Below, piece by piece: positions 20,777 to 32,197 of a stretch of DNA of 64,000 nucleotides (positions are counted from its first letter, which is position 1; each line of letters opens with the position of its first letter). Origin of the DNA: an uncultured Clostridia bacterium. GTDB lineage: Bacteria > Bacillota > Clostridia > TANB77 > CAG-508. The stretch is taken from assembly GCA_947584805.1 (NCBI GenBank), contig CANPWU010000001.1:45138-109137 (forward strand). Direction: 5' to 3'. Under the pieces are notes generated by a model, which was given only the letters and a program-made list of their open reading frames with translations, ran no database searches and had not been told where the DNA came from. The position numbers and the translations under genes were made by a program.

Positions 20777-22039
20777 ATGGCTAAGCCAATAGAATTCGGA
20801 ATTGGTTTTTTGGCAGGGAGAACCAATATTTGTAATATTATAAATAATTGCTATAAAGATATGATAGAGCAATTAAAAAAATATCCTGAAGAAGTACATT
20901 TAACAATATTTATATTATATGACTTAGAATATCAAAACACAAACAGAGAGGATTTTTATACATTAAAAGATGATGTATATAAAATGATACACATTAAATA
21001 TATTACACCAGAAGATATTGAAGAAGAAAAGAAAATTTTAAAGTCAAGATATAACTTGACAAAAAATGAAGTAAATTTAATTTTAGGTAGTGGATACGCA
21101 AGAGCAAGAAATTCAATAATGTATTTTGCACTAAAGAGAGAAATTGATTACTTATTATTTTGGGATGATGATGAATATCCTTATGCAAATCTTAAGGGTG
21201 AAAACGATGAAATAATTTGGCAAAAACAAGAAAACTTGCTTGAACATTTAAAGGTTATACCAGATGCAGATGTAACAGTTGGACATAGATGTGGAAACAT
21301 GTCACCAGTTCCAAGCATAGAATTTGGTGAAGATTCTATAAAAGAGCAAGAATTTAAAGAATACATAGATGCTGTAAGTAATGAAGCTGTAAGCTGGGAT
21401 AGTGTAAAAAAACAAATGAATAAAGATAATGGAATAACTTTTGCAGAACCTGATATTGCAGAAGGAAAAGATAAAATTGTTTTAAAGCATATTGGAATTA
21501 AAAACTGGCTTTTAGCTTCTGGAATTTGCTTAAATTTAACTCATTTACAAAAAATTCCTGCTTTTTATAACCCACCAAATGCAAGAGGAGAAGATGCATT
21601 TTTCTCTACATTACTTACTGAAGCAAAAGTTGTAAAAGTTCCAACTTATCATTTTCATGATAGCTTTTTAAAGTATACAGGAATATTAAAAGGTAAATTT
21701 CCAAAAAGGTTTGAAAAACCAGCATTAGATGATGAAGCAATTGGAGAAAGATTTTTAAAAGCATCTATTGGATGGGTAAAATATAAGCCACTTCTTATGT
21801 ATATAATGCAAAGAACTACATATTTGAAAGATATAGAAATAGCAAAAACAAAATTAAAAAATAGTATAAATAAAATAAATGATATTTTTCCAAATAATGA
21901 TTTCTTATGTTTAGTTGGTGAACTGGAAAAATATGATGAAGATGTTCAAAAACATTATAAAGAATATTTAAAAACAAATGATGTTTGGAATAGAATTAAA
22001 ATGAAAATACAGGAAGAATATAGAAAAGAGCAAAATTAG
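20777..22039 (+). CDS. Hypothetical protein, possible GT-A-fold glycosyltransferase
   Basis: 420 aa. Acidic motif LFWDDDEYP (DxD-like) and a later NARGEDAFF. No family recognised with confidence. Confidence 0.4.
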   Translation: MAKPIEFGIGFLAGRTNICNIINNCYKDMIEQLKKYPEEVHLTIFILYDLEYQNTNREDFYTLKDDVYKMIHIKYITPEDIEEEKKILKSRYNLTKNEVNLILGSGYARARNSIMYFALKREIDYLLFWDDDEYPYANLKGENDEIIWQKQENLLEHLKVIPDADVTVGHRCGNMSPVPSIEFGEDSIKEQEFKEYIDAVSNEAVSWDSVKKQMNKDNGITFAEPDIAEGKDKIVLKHIGIKNWLLASGICLNLTHLQKIPAFYNPPNARGEDAFFSTLLTEAKVVKVPTYHFHDSFLKYTGILKGKFPKRFEKPALDDEAIGERFLKASIGWVKYKPLLMYIMQRTTYLKDIEIAKTKLKNSINKINDIFPNNDFLCLVGELEKYDEDVQKHYKEYLKTNDVWNRIKMKIQEEYRKEQN

Positions 22040-22059
22040 AAGAATTTTGAACGTTTTTC

Positions 22060-22088
22060 TTGACAAACCTCTAAATATATGTTAAAAT
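22060..22088 (+). promoter_or_regulatory. Sigma-A promoter of the rplU-rpmA operon
   Basis: ttgaca, a 17 nt spacer, then taaaat with an extended -10 TG. Confidence 0.6.
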
Positions 22089-22094
22089 AATTAA

Positions 22095-22180
22095 CTGTAA
22101 CCGCATAAGTCAAGGTACATAAAGTCTAATTAAGTTTAGATACCTATATTTTAAGGTTAGCGAGTATACAAAAAAGGGAG
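22095..22180 (+). promoter_or_regulatory. Possible L21 leader RNA
   Basis: About 100 nt of structured-looking 5' UTR lies between the promoter and the rplU RBS. This position matches the Firmicute L21 leader. The motif itself was not verified. Confidence 0.35.
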
Positions 22181-22191
22181 GTGCTTACACA

Positions 22192-22605
22192 ATGTACGCT
22201 ATAATCGAAGCTTGTGGAAAGCAATATAAGGTAACAAAAGGAGATGTAGTATTTTTCGAAAAACTAGATGCTGAAGAAGGAAAAAAAGTATCATTTGATA
22301 ATGTTGTTCTTGTTTCAGATGAAGGAAAAATAGAAGTTGGTACTCCTTATGTTAAAGGTGCTAAAGTTGAAGGAAAAGTAGTAGCACATGGAAAAGGTAA
22401 AAAAATCATTGTTTTCAAATATAAGGCTAAAAAGAATTATAGAAGAAAACAAGGACATAGACAACCATATACAAAAGTAGAGATTACATCTATAAAATTA
22501 GCTGGAGATAAAGCTGAAAAAGCTCCTAAAGCTGAAAAAACAGAAAAAGCTGAAAAAGTAGAAACTACAGCTAAAAAGACAGCTACAAAAAAAGAAGAAG
22601 TTTAA
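22192..22605 (+). CDS. rplU: 50S ribosomal protein L21 with a Lys/Ala/Glu-rich C-terminal extension
   Basis: [14 protein letters not shown]...[22 protein letters not shown]. Confidence 0.95.
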   Translation: MYAIIEACGKQYKVTKGDVVFFEKLDAEEGKKVSFDNVVLVSDEGKIEVGTPYVKGAKVEGKVVAHGKGKKIIVFKYKAKKNYRRKQGHRQPYTKVEITSIKLAGDKAEKAPKAEKTEKAEKVETTAKKTATKKEEV

Positions 22606-22644
22606 TTTCTAAAAATATATAAACTTTAGAAAGGAGAGAGTACC

Positions 22645-22902
22645 ATGGCACATAAAAAAGGGCAAGGTAGTGTTAAAAACGGTAGAGATAGTGAGTCTAA
22701 ACGTCTTGGGGTAAAGAGATCAGATGGACAATATGTTCTAGCTGGAAACATCCTTATAAGACAAAGAGGAACTAAAATACATCCAGGTACTAATGTTGGA
22801 ATTGGTAGTGATGATACTTTATATGCATTAGTCAACGGAACTGTTAAATTTGAAAGATTAGGAAGAGACAAAAAGAAGGTAAGTGTTTACCCAGAAGAAT
22901 AA
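22645..22902 (+). CDS. rpmA: 50S ribosomal protein L27 (no N-terminal propeptide)
   Basis: [24 protein letters not shown]. Confidence 0.95.
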   Translation: MAHKKGQGSVKNGRDSESKRLGVKRSDGQYVLAGNILIRQRGTKIHPGTNVGIGSDDTLYALVNGTVKFERLGRDKKKVSVYPEE

Positions 22903-22969
22903 AAATATATTATTTCATAATGCTAGGGCTTTAAGACTCTAGCATTTAATTTTATAGGAGGAAAGAAAA

Positions 22970-24604
<1,635 letters not shown>

Positions 24605-24616
24605 AAGGAGGTAAAT

Positions 24617-26378
24617 ATGAAGATTGAAAATGAAAGAGTAGAATACAACCAGGAAAAACCAAGAAATAAAACGATTACAATAGTTGCAATTTTAATTGTT
24701 TTGACAGTTATAATTTTAATTACAGTAGGATTACTTATTTTTTATTTACGAGAAGATAGATTATCTCTTACAGTAGATGGCAAAAAAGTATCATTTGGAG
24801 AAGAAACATTTGTATTTAAAGAAGATTCAGATGATATATATATATCAATTAAAGATATTGCTCCACTTGTAGGTTATGAAGCTCATAATGGAGAATATAA
24901 GGTAAATTCAGAAGATACTAATAAACAATATGTAGAAGCTATTAACGGCAGTGAAACAACATCATTTTTCCTTAATTCAACATCGATTGCAAAAGTAGCA
25001 CCAGATAGTACAGAAGATTATGAAAGAATTGAAACAACTAAACCAGTAGTAAAAATTAATGATAAGTTATACATAGATGTAGAAGGATTTATGCAAGGTT
25101 TTAATGCAGTATTATCTTATGATAAAGAAAATAATATGATAGCTATACAAACTTTGCCATATTTAGTTAATGCTTATTCATCTAATGTTTCTAATTATGG
25201 TTATGATTCAATTAGTGAAGATTTTAACAATCAAAAAGCATTAATATATGGTATGCTTGTTGCATATAAAGAATCTACACAAAAATATGGCGTAATAGAT
25301 GTTAGAACAGGAAAAGAAATAATAAGTCCAAGATATAACAACATAGAATTTATAGAACATTCAAGAGAATTTGCAATAACAACATCAAATAATAAAGTAG
25401 GAATTGCATATAGTACAGGCGGCACTAAGATAAATGTTGCATATGATGAAATAAAAGTGTTAGATAGTACTCGTGGGTATTACTTAGTAAAAAGTAATTC
25501 AAAATATGGTGTAATAAATTCTAATGAAGAATTAATAATACATATTGAATATGATCAAATAGGATTAGAAGATAGTTCTTTATTCCCAGATGAAGAAATT
25601 GATAGTCAATATATACTTTATGATAAAATGATACCTGTTTGTCAAAACAATAAATGGGGATTCTTTGATGTATCTCGGAAATAAATTAACAGAAGTAGAA
25701 TTTGATGGAATTGGATGTATTATTACAGAGGATTTAACAGATAGAGTAGCTAATAACACATTGCTAATTGGAGATTCTGAAATAGTTGTTGTATTAAAGG
25801 ACAAATATTATGGAGGTGTAAGTACAAAAGGAGACTTACTAATTCCAACAATATTTGACTATATATGCTCTATAACAAGTGAAGGAGAACTAAATTATCG
25901 TATTGTATATAATAATGTTGACTATATTGCTATGGATTATATAAAACTTGCAAAAGAAAAATTTGGTTATAAAGAAACAGAGGATCAAGATAATTCTAAT
26001 AATGAAAATCAAGAAAATGAACAACAAGGAAATGCTGAAGCTGGTCAAACTGAAGAAAACAACAATGCAAATTTTGCAGAAAATCAAGGAGAAGTAAATA
26101 ATGCAACTCAAAACATGGAACAACAGGCTATAAATGTATTTAATGCACAGTTTGAAGCATATAATGGAGAACGCTCAAAAGGTACAACCAAGGCATTACT
26201 TGATATAATTAGCAGTTCTAATGCTTTATCTGAACATAAAGTAGTAGTAGAATACAATGGTAATATTTATACAGATAATGTAACTGGTTTAAAAGAAGCA
26301 ATAACGAATAATTCATATACAGTTTCAATTGAGAAGAATAGTGAGACTGGCTATATTGAGAAGGTCGTTATAAGATAA
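24617..26378 (+). CDS. Membrane-anchored WG-repeat protein; needs a +1 shift at 25676
   Basis: N-terminal TM segment. Repeated KYGVID / KYGVIN / KWGFFD modules. Skipping C25676 gives FFDVSGNKLTEVEFDGIG and continues to 26378, with an Asn/Gln/Glu-rich linker. Confidence 0.6.
25676..25678 (+). other. Zero-frame CGG / +1 site (TCT CGG AAA read as TCT-GGA-AAT)
   Basis: Joins ORFs 24617-25684 and 25665-26378. Confidence 0.8.
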
Positions 26379-26450
26379 TATGTAGAATTGAATGTAAAAA
26401 TTTATAGAAAAATATATTAAACTTTGTCAAAAGAAAAAGATGAAAAATAC

Positions 26451-26479
26451 TTGAATATTTAATAAGAATATGGTACAAT
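26451..26479 (+). promoter_or_regulatory. Sigma-A promoter of the ncRNA
   Basis: ttgaat, a 17 nt spacer, then tacaat with an extended -10 TG (tggtacaat). Confidence 0.55.
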
Positions 26480-26486
26480 ATATATA

Positions 26487-26699
26487 ACAAATAAATAAGA
26501 CAAAAATCCCTGCATAGTTCGTACAGCATAGAAATTTTAGAACCTACAAAGCAATGGATAAGGGAGTCGAGCTCTGAATATGGCGTGTAAGCTTACAAGA
26601 GAGAAGTAAGAAACCCAGGAGTATTTAGGTAGACACCCACCTGTATATATACAGGTCCATAAAATTTCTAAAAATACGGCTAAGGCGGGGGATTTTTTT
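26487..26699 (+). ncRNA. ssrS: Structured ncRNA, most likely 6S RNA
   Basis: GC-richer block of about 210 nt with no ORF. The 5' aaaaatccctgc pairs with the 3' gcgggggattttt (a G-U pair on the + strand). A long interrupted closing helix (uagaaauuuua / uaaaauuucua) and an internal hairpin ccuguauauauacagg are present. It ends in a T-run. Confidence 0.5.
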
Positions 26700-26781
26700 A
26701 TGCATTTTTATTGAATTATATTTTTATAAAGTATATAATGGAAATGTAATTTATGTATTATCTAGGAGGAAATGTGATTAT

Positions 26782-27459
26782 ATGAATGTTTTAAAGAAAG
26801 TAAATAAAGGAGTTATAATTACCATAATAGTTATTTTAATATTAATTATATATATAGTTAATGTAGAAAATAAAAGAAGCAAAGAAAGACCAGAAATTGA
26901 GAAAAAATGTGAAGAATATGTGAGTCTTTTGAATGAACATTTTAGTATAAAAGATGACGGAAGTTTATTAATTGTTTCTCAAGATAATAAAGAAAATGTT
27001 GAAATTAAAGATAAAAATTTAAAAGAGATTATAAATAATAAAATGGAAGAATTTGAAAAAAATTTAAAAAATATTATGGTTGACAATGAAAAAATAATTA
27101 AAATGCAGTTGAATTTAATAAAAAATGATACAGAAGAAATGAATAATTCTTATTTAAATATAGTAACCTCATATAATAAAAAAATAGTCAAAATTGATAA
27201 GTACGAGTTTGACGGAAACCAAGTTACAGTTACATTTAAAACAATTAATGAGACAGAAGAAGAATACGTAAAAATGGGTGAAATAGATCCAGAAACTCAA
27301 AAAGACAAAATAGAAGTAAGAAAAAATCAAGAAGAAAGACCTTCTGAAACTTTAACTTTACAAAAAGTAAACGGAGAATGGAAAATTGTTTATTCTGAAA
27401 TGGTTAATCAGGTGACAAATTCTAAAGGAGGTATCGGTTTAACATGGGAAGTATATTAG
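26782..27459 (+). CDS. Hypothetical membrane-anchored protein
   Basis: 225 aa with an N-terminal TM segment and a Lys/Glu/Asn-rich body. Overlaps the start of the ABC ATPase. Confidence 0.5.
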   Translation: MNVLKKVNKGVIITIIVILILIIYIVNVENKRSKERPEIEKKCEEYVSLLNEHFSIKDDGSLLIVSQDNKENVEIKDKNLKEIINNKMEEFEKNLKNIMVDNEKIIKMQLNLIKNDTEEMNNSYLNIVTSYNKKIVKIDKYEFDGNQVTVTFKTINETEEEYVKMGEIDPETQKDKIEVRKNQEERPSETLTLQKVNGEWKIVYSEMVNQVTNSKGGIGLTWEVY

Positions 27460-28372
27460 AGATAAAAAATGTTAGTAAATCTTTTGGAAAAAATAAAGTT
27501 GTGGATAATATTACATTAAATGTTAATGAAGGAGAAATATTTGGCTTTTTAGGACCAAATGGAGCTCGGAAAAACTACAACGATAAAAATGATACTTGGG
27601 CTTTTAAGCATAGATGAAGGTGAAATAAAAGTTAATGGATTTGATGTAAAAAAAGATTTTGAAAGAGCAATGGAATATGCAAGTGGAATAGTAGAAAATC
27701 CAGATTTGTATGGCTACATGTCAGGAAGGGATAATTTAAAATTATTTGCAAGAATAAGAAATGTAAGTCATAAAAGAATTGAAGAAGTTATTGATTTAGT
27801 TGGAATGAAAGAATCTGCAAAAGAAAAAGTTAGCAAATATTCTCTTCGGAATGAAACAAAGAATGGGACTTGCATTAACTCTTTTACATTCTCCTAAACT
27901 TTTAATACTTGATGAACCAACAAATGGATTAGACCCAGCAGGAATAAAGCATTTAAGAGATATTTTAAAAGAAGTTGCAAAAAAAGAAAAAGCAGCAGTG
28001 TTTGTATCTTCACATATATTAACAGAAATGCAACTTATGTGTGATAGAGTTGCAGTAATAAATAAAGGAAAAATTGTTAAAGTAGAAGATATTAGTGAAA
28101 ATAAAGATCCAAAAGAAATTATAGAGACTGTAATAAGTGTAAAACAAATAGAAAAAGCAGATGAAATATTAAAAAAAGAAGGGTATGAAATTAAGTCTTG
28201 GGAAGGAAGAAATGTACATTTAAAGCTAGAAGAAGATAAGATTTCTGAAGTTATAAAGCTTCTTGTAAAAAACAATGTAGATATAGATGAAGTTATTAAA
28301 AACAAGAAGAATTTGGAAGATATATTCTTTAGTGCAACAGAAAAAGGAGGTAGTAATGATGAAAATGCTTAA
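27444..28372 (+). CDS. ABC transporter ATP-binding protein; needs two +1 shifts
   Basis: Walker A GPNGAGKTT (the shift falls inside it), signature YSLGMKQR (the shift falls inside it), and Walker B LLILDEPTNGLD. Confidence 0.85.
27567..27569 (+). other. Zero-frame CGG / +1 site in Walker A (GCT CGG AAA read as GCT-GGA-AAA)
   Basis: Restores GPNGAGKTTTIKMILG. Confidence 0.85.
27847..27849 (+). other. Zero-frame CGG / +1 site in the ABC signature (CTT CGG AAT read as CTT-GGA-ATG)
   Basis: Restores KYSLGMKQRMGLALTLL. Confidence 0.85.
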
Positions 28373-29837
28373 ATTAGTACAAAATGAAATAATAAAAATA
28401 TTGAAAAAGACCTCTGCAAAAGTTATGTTTATACTACTACTTGTTGCAATTCTAGGTGCATTTGGATTTTCAAAATTAATTATGATGCTAAACAACTCAA
28501 TAATGAGCATTTCTTTTGAGGAGACAGATTGGCAAGCAAATACGAGAAGTCAGATAGAATATTTGAAGCAGGACATAAAGGATAATAATTATGATGCTCA
28601 AACCTTAGCATATATCAATGCAGAAATAGAAATATACGAACTAGCTCTTGAATGTAATATAACATATCCTAACTATTATTATCAATATTGGAAAACTCAA
28701 GTATTAGATGAAATACTACAAGATAAGCAAGAATTAAAATTAAATGAAATATTAGAAAATGATGAGGCAAATGAACTTAGAGAAAAAATAAATCAGAAAA
28801 TAGAAATATTAAAAAATGATGATTATTCTAAGTATATAGAATTAGAAAAAAGTGAACTCAAAAAACAATTGGACGATAAGCAAATAACACAAGAAAATTA
28901 TGAAAATGAAATATATTTATTAGATTTAAAAGATAAATATAAAATATTTGCAGAAAATAGTAATGAGGGACAATGGAAAATAGAAATTTATCAAGATATA
29001 GAATTAATTAAAAATAATTTGGATTCTAAATTTAACTCTATAAGTGGCAAAATGCTAAAACTAGAAGAAATCGAAAAACTCGAAGATAATCTAAAAATAG
29101 ATTTATATAGACTTGAAAATGGAATTCCTGCAACGCAGATTGGAAACACAGGAAGAGCAACATATGATACATATGCACCAATATTTTGTTTACTTATTCT
29201 TGCAATATTTATGATTATAATTATGGGAGCTACAATATCTACAGAAATATCAAAAGGAACAATAAAGTTTTTGCTATTTACACCAAATAAAAGATGGAAG
29301 ATATTACTTTCTAAACTACTTGCAGGAGTTATTATATTAATTGTAACAAGTTTATGCTTATCTGTAATTAGCTTTTTAGTTGGAAATATATTATTCAAAG
29401 AAGAAGGAATTAGATATTTATATGTACAAGGTGGAGAAGTTAAAGAATTAAGCAACCTAGAATACACAGGCTTGTATTTCTTAATTTCTTGTATAGATAT
29501 ATTTATATATATGTTATTTGCTTTAATGCTCTCAACTTTAACTAGAAATACATCATTAGCAGTTGGAATTAGTATTGCAAGTTATGTTGGATCTGGAATT
29601 GTAATGCAAATTATGAACTCATTAATTAAATCGGATTGGCTAAAATTTATACCATTTAATAATTTTAGCATAGTAGATAGAGTATTTGTAAATAATTATT
29701 CATATTCTATATCCCAATATAGTGCGCAAGGAGGACTAAATATAAGTGTTGGATTTTCTCTTGCTGTACTTGGAGTTTGTGCAATTCTTATGCTAATTAC
29801 AACTTTTGATAGTTTTAATAAAAGAGATATAGTATAA
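28356..29837 (+). CDS. ABC-2 type transporter permease with a long extracytoplasmic coiled region
   Basis: RBS aaaggaggt precedes ATGATG at 28356. N-terminal TM segment, about 250 aa of charged loop, then five or so TM segments. Confidence 0.6.
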   Translation: MMKMLKLVQNEIIKILKKTSAKVMFILLLVAILGAFGFSKLIMMLNNSIMSISFEETDWQANTRSQIEYLKQDIKDNNYDAQTLAYINAEIEIYELALECNITYPNYYYQYWKTQVLDEILQDKQELKLNEILENDEANELREKINQKIEILKNDDYSKYIELEKSELKKQLDDKQITQENYENEIYLLDLKDKYKIFAENSNEGQWKIEIYQDIELIKNNLDSKFNSISGKMLKLEEIEKLEDNLKIDLYRLENGIPATQIGNTGRATYDTYAPIFCLLILAIFMIIIMGATISTEISKGTIKFLLFTPNKRWKILLSKLLAGVIILIVTSLCLSVISFLVGNILFKEEGIRYLYVQGGEVKELSNLEYTGLYFLISCIDIFIYMLFALMLSTLTRNTSLAVGISIASYVGSGIVMQIMNSLIKSDWLKFIPFNNFSIVDRVFVNNYSYSISQYSAQGGLNISVGFSLAVLGVCAILMLITTFDSFNKRDIV

Positions 29838-29937
29838 AAGATATATAAATTAGCAAAATATATAATGTGACGTGGAACAATCACGTCTAATATTAATGAA
29901 ACCCCAGAAGCCAATTCTGGGGAATTATTTTTAAAGA

Positions 29938-31150
29938 TTATCTTAATAACGAGAACCAATTATTAAGAACATTTCCTGCCATATTGATAAAGGTTAATCT
30001 TTTTACTTCTTTATCTGCAACAATATTTATACTTTTGATTATATCTCCATCTAAATTATAAGTTACAGTGCCTATAATGTCACCTTGATTAATAGGTGCT
30101 TCTAGATTTTCTCTGAATGTAATATTTTGCGTTACACTACTAGATTTTGATTTTTTTATAAAAAACGAAGCATTTTCTGAAAGAATTGCATCAACGGAAG
30201 AAGAAACACCTTTCTTTACATCAAGTGTTCCGAAGAACATCTCCTTTATCTCCAAAAGAAATATTTGTAAAATTAGAAAAACCATAGTTTAATAGCTTTT
30301 GAGCTTCACTAAATCTAATATCAGAAGAAGGAGAATGCATAATAACTGCAATTAAAGATAAGCCGATCTCGAGTTGCACTTGCAGATAAGTTATATAAAG
30401 CAAGATCTGTAGACCCGAGTCTTAAGCCCAGTGCATCCTTTATAATTCCTAACGAGTTTATTTGTATTTACAAGGCCGGGTTTCTCCATTTCTTAATGAG
30501 TCCATATATAAAGAAGTGTATTTTGTTATACTTGGATGATTGATAAGTAATTCACGAGACATTAAAGCAATATCATAAGAAGAAGTTAAATGACCATCTT
30601 CATCTAGTCCATGACAATTTTTAAATGTTGTGTCATACATACCAAGAGATTTTGCTTTATTATTCATACGTGTTACAAATTCTTCTTCAGATCCAGCTAA
30701 ATGTTCAGCCATAGCGTATACACAATCATTTGCTGAGTTCATACAAATTGCTTTTAGCATTTCTTCAACAGTCATAGTTTCATTTTCTTCAAGCCATATT
30801 TGTGATCCACCCATGGAAGCGGCATTTTTTGAGCAGGTGACTTTATCAGAGAGTTTAAGTTCTCCTCCATCTATTGCTTCCATAATTAAAAGCAATGACA
30901 TAACTTTTGTAACACTTGCAGGTCTGAATTTTTCATGAGAATTATGGTCATATAAAACAGAACCTGTTGATTGCTCAATTAAGATTGCAGAACCAGATTC
31001 CAGTTTTAAATCTGTTTCTGTATCACTAACTGTTTCAAGAAGTCCTGATGAATCAGACCAAACATAATGATCTGGTGCTGCAATTACTTGAGCCCCAAAA
31101 CATAGTAGAATAGTAAATATTAATAATATATATAATTTTTTTGAATGCAT
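29938..31150 (-). CDS. dacB: D-alanyl-D-alanine carboxypeptidase (S11, DacB/DacF-like); needs four +1 shifts
   Basis: Signal peptide, then the SxxK motif PASVTKVMS. Four fragments are joined by skipping the sense-strand C at 30478, 30417, 30365 and 30232. Confidence 0.85.
30230..30232 (-). other. Zero-frame CGG / +1 site (CTT CGG AAC read as CTT-GGA-ACA)
   Basis: Restores GDVLGTLDVKKGVSSS. Confidence 0.8.
30363..30365 (-). other. Zero-frame CGG / +1 site (GAT CGG CTT read as GAT-GGC-TTA)
   Basis: Restores SATRDGLSLIAVIMHSPS. Confidence 0.8.
30415..30417 (-). other. Zero-frame CGG / +1 site (ACT CGG GTC read as ACT-GGG-TCT)
   Basis: Restores the conserved KTG motif: GLKTGSTDLA. Confidence 0.85.
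30476..30478 (-). other. Zero-frame CGG / +1 site (ACC CGG CCT read as ACC-GGC-CTT)
   Basis: Restores NGETGLVNTNKLV. Confidence 0.8.
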
Positions 31151-31380
31151 AAAAGTGACCTCCGAAATAGAATGATACTAGACCATATGAATAAAAAATA
31201 TAAAATATGACAAAAGTGCAAAAAAATTCTTAAAAACACTTGATTTTATGATACATCCGTGTTATAATTTATAAAGTTATGATTAGACACATAGGACTAA
31301 TTTGTGAAGAGTGCCTAAAAAGGTTTTTGCAAGTGTTTGAAATCCTATGGATGTTTTAAAACTAAAAGGAGGAATAAAAA

Positions 31381-32172
31381 ATGGCAGTAGTTGCAATGAA
31401 ACAATTACTTGAAGCTGGTGTTCATTTTGGACATCAAACAAGAAGATGGGATCCTAGAATGGCTGAGTATATATATCAAGCTAGAAACGGTATCCATATT
31501 ATCGATTTACAAAAGACATCTAAAAAGATTGATGAAGCATATGCTTTCATTAAAGAAAAAGTTGAAGAAGGTTCTTCAGTTCTATTTGTTGGAACAAAGA
31601 AACAAGCACAAGAATGCATGAAGGAAGCTGCAATTTCTTGCGGAATGTTCTATGTAGACCAAAGATGGTTAGGCGGAATGCTTACAAACTTTGGAACAAT
31701 GAGAACAAGAATTGAAAGATTAAAAAAACTTGAAACAATGCAAGAAGATGGAACTTTCGATGTATTACCTAAGAAAGAGGTAATGGGACTTAAAAAAGAA
31801 ATGGAAAAATTAGAGAAAAACCTTGGTGGAATTAAAGAAATGGAAACTTTACCAGGAGTTATCTTTATAGTAGATCCTAAAAAAGAAAGAACAGCTATAT
31901 TAGAAGCTAAAAAATTAAAAATCCCAGTAGTTGGCTTAGTTGATACAAATTGTAGTCCTGAGGATATTGATTTCCCAATACCAGGAAATGATGATGCAAT
32001 TCGTTCAGTTAAATTAATCGCAACTGTTATGGCAAATGCTGTAATAGAAGGAAAACAAGGAGAAGTAATGAACCTAGAAGACCAAATGGCAGAAGATACT
32101 TCAGATAAAGAAGTTAAAGATATTGAAGAAGTTGTAGAAGAAGCTGCTGAAGAGGAAAAGACAGAAGAATAA
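31381..32172 (+). CDS. rpsB: 30S ribosomal protein S2
   Basis: [15 protein letters not shown]...; 263 aa with an acidic tail. Confidence 0.95.
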   Translation: MAVVAMKQLLEAGVHFGHQTRRWDPRMAEYIYQARNGIHIIDLQKTSKKIDEAYAFIKEKVEEGSSVLFVGTKKQAQECMKEAAISCGMFYVDQRWLGGMLTNFGTMRTRIERLKKLETMQEDGTFDVLPKKEVMGLKKEMEKLEKNLGGIKEMETLPGVIFIVDPKKERTAILEAKKLKIPVVGLVDTNCSPEDIDFPIPGNDDAIRSVKLIATVMANAVIEGKQGEVMNLEDQMAEDTSDKEVKDIEEVVEEAAEEEKTEE

Positions 32173-32197
32173 TTTTTTAAAGGGGGAAAACTTAAAA

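Noticed and set aside
27421-27435. ggt atc ggt near the end of ORF 26782-27459 as another CGG shift site
   Set aside because: Here the C is the third base of an in-frame ATC codon, so there is no zero-frame CGG. The ORF ends normally a few codons later.
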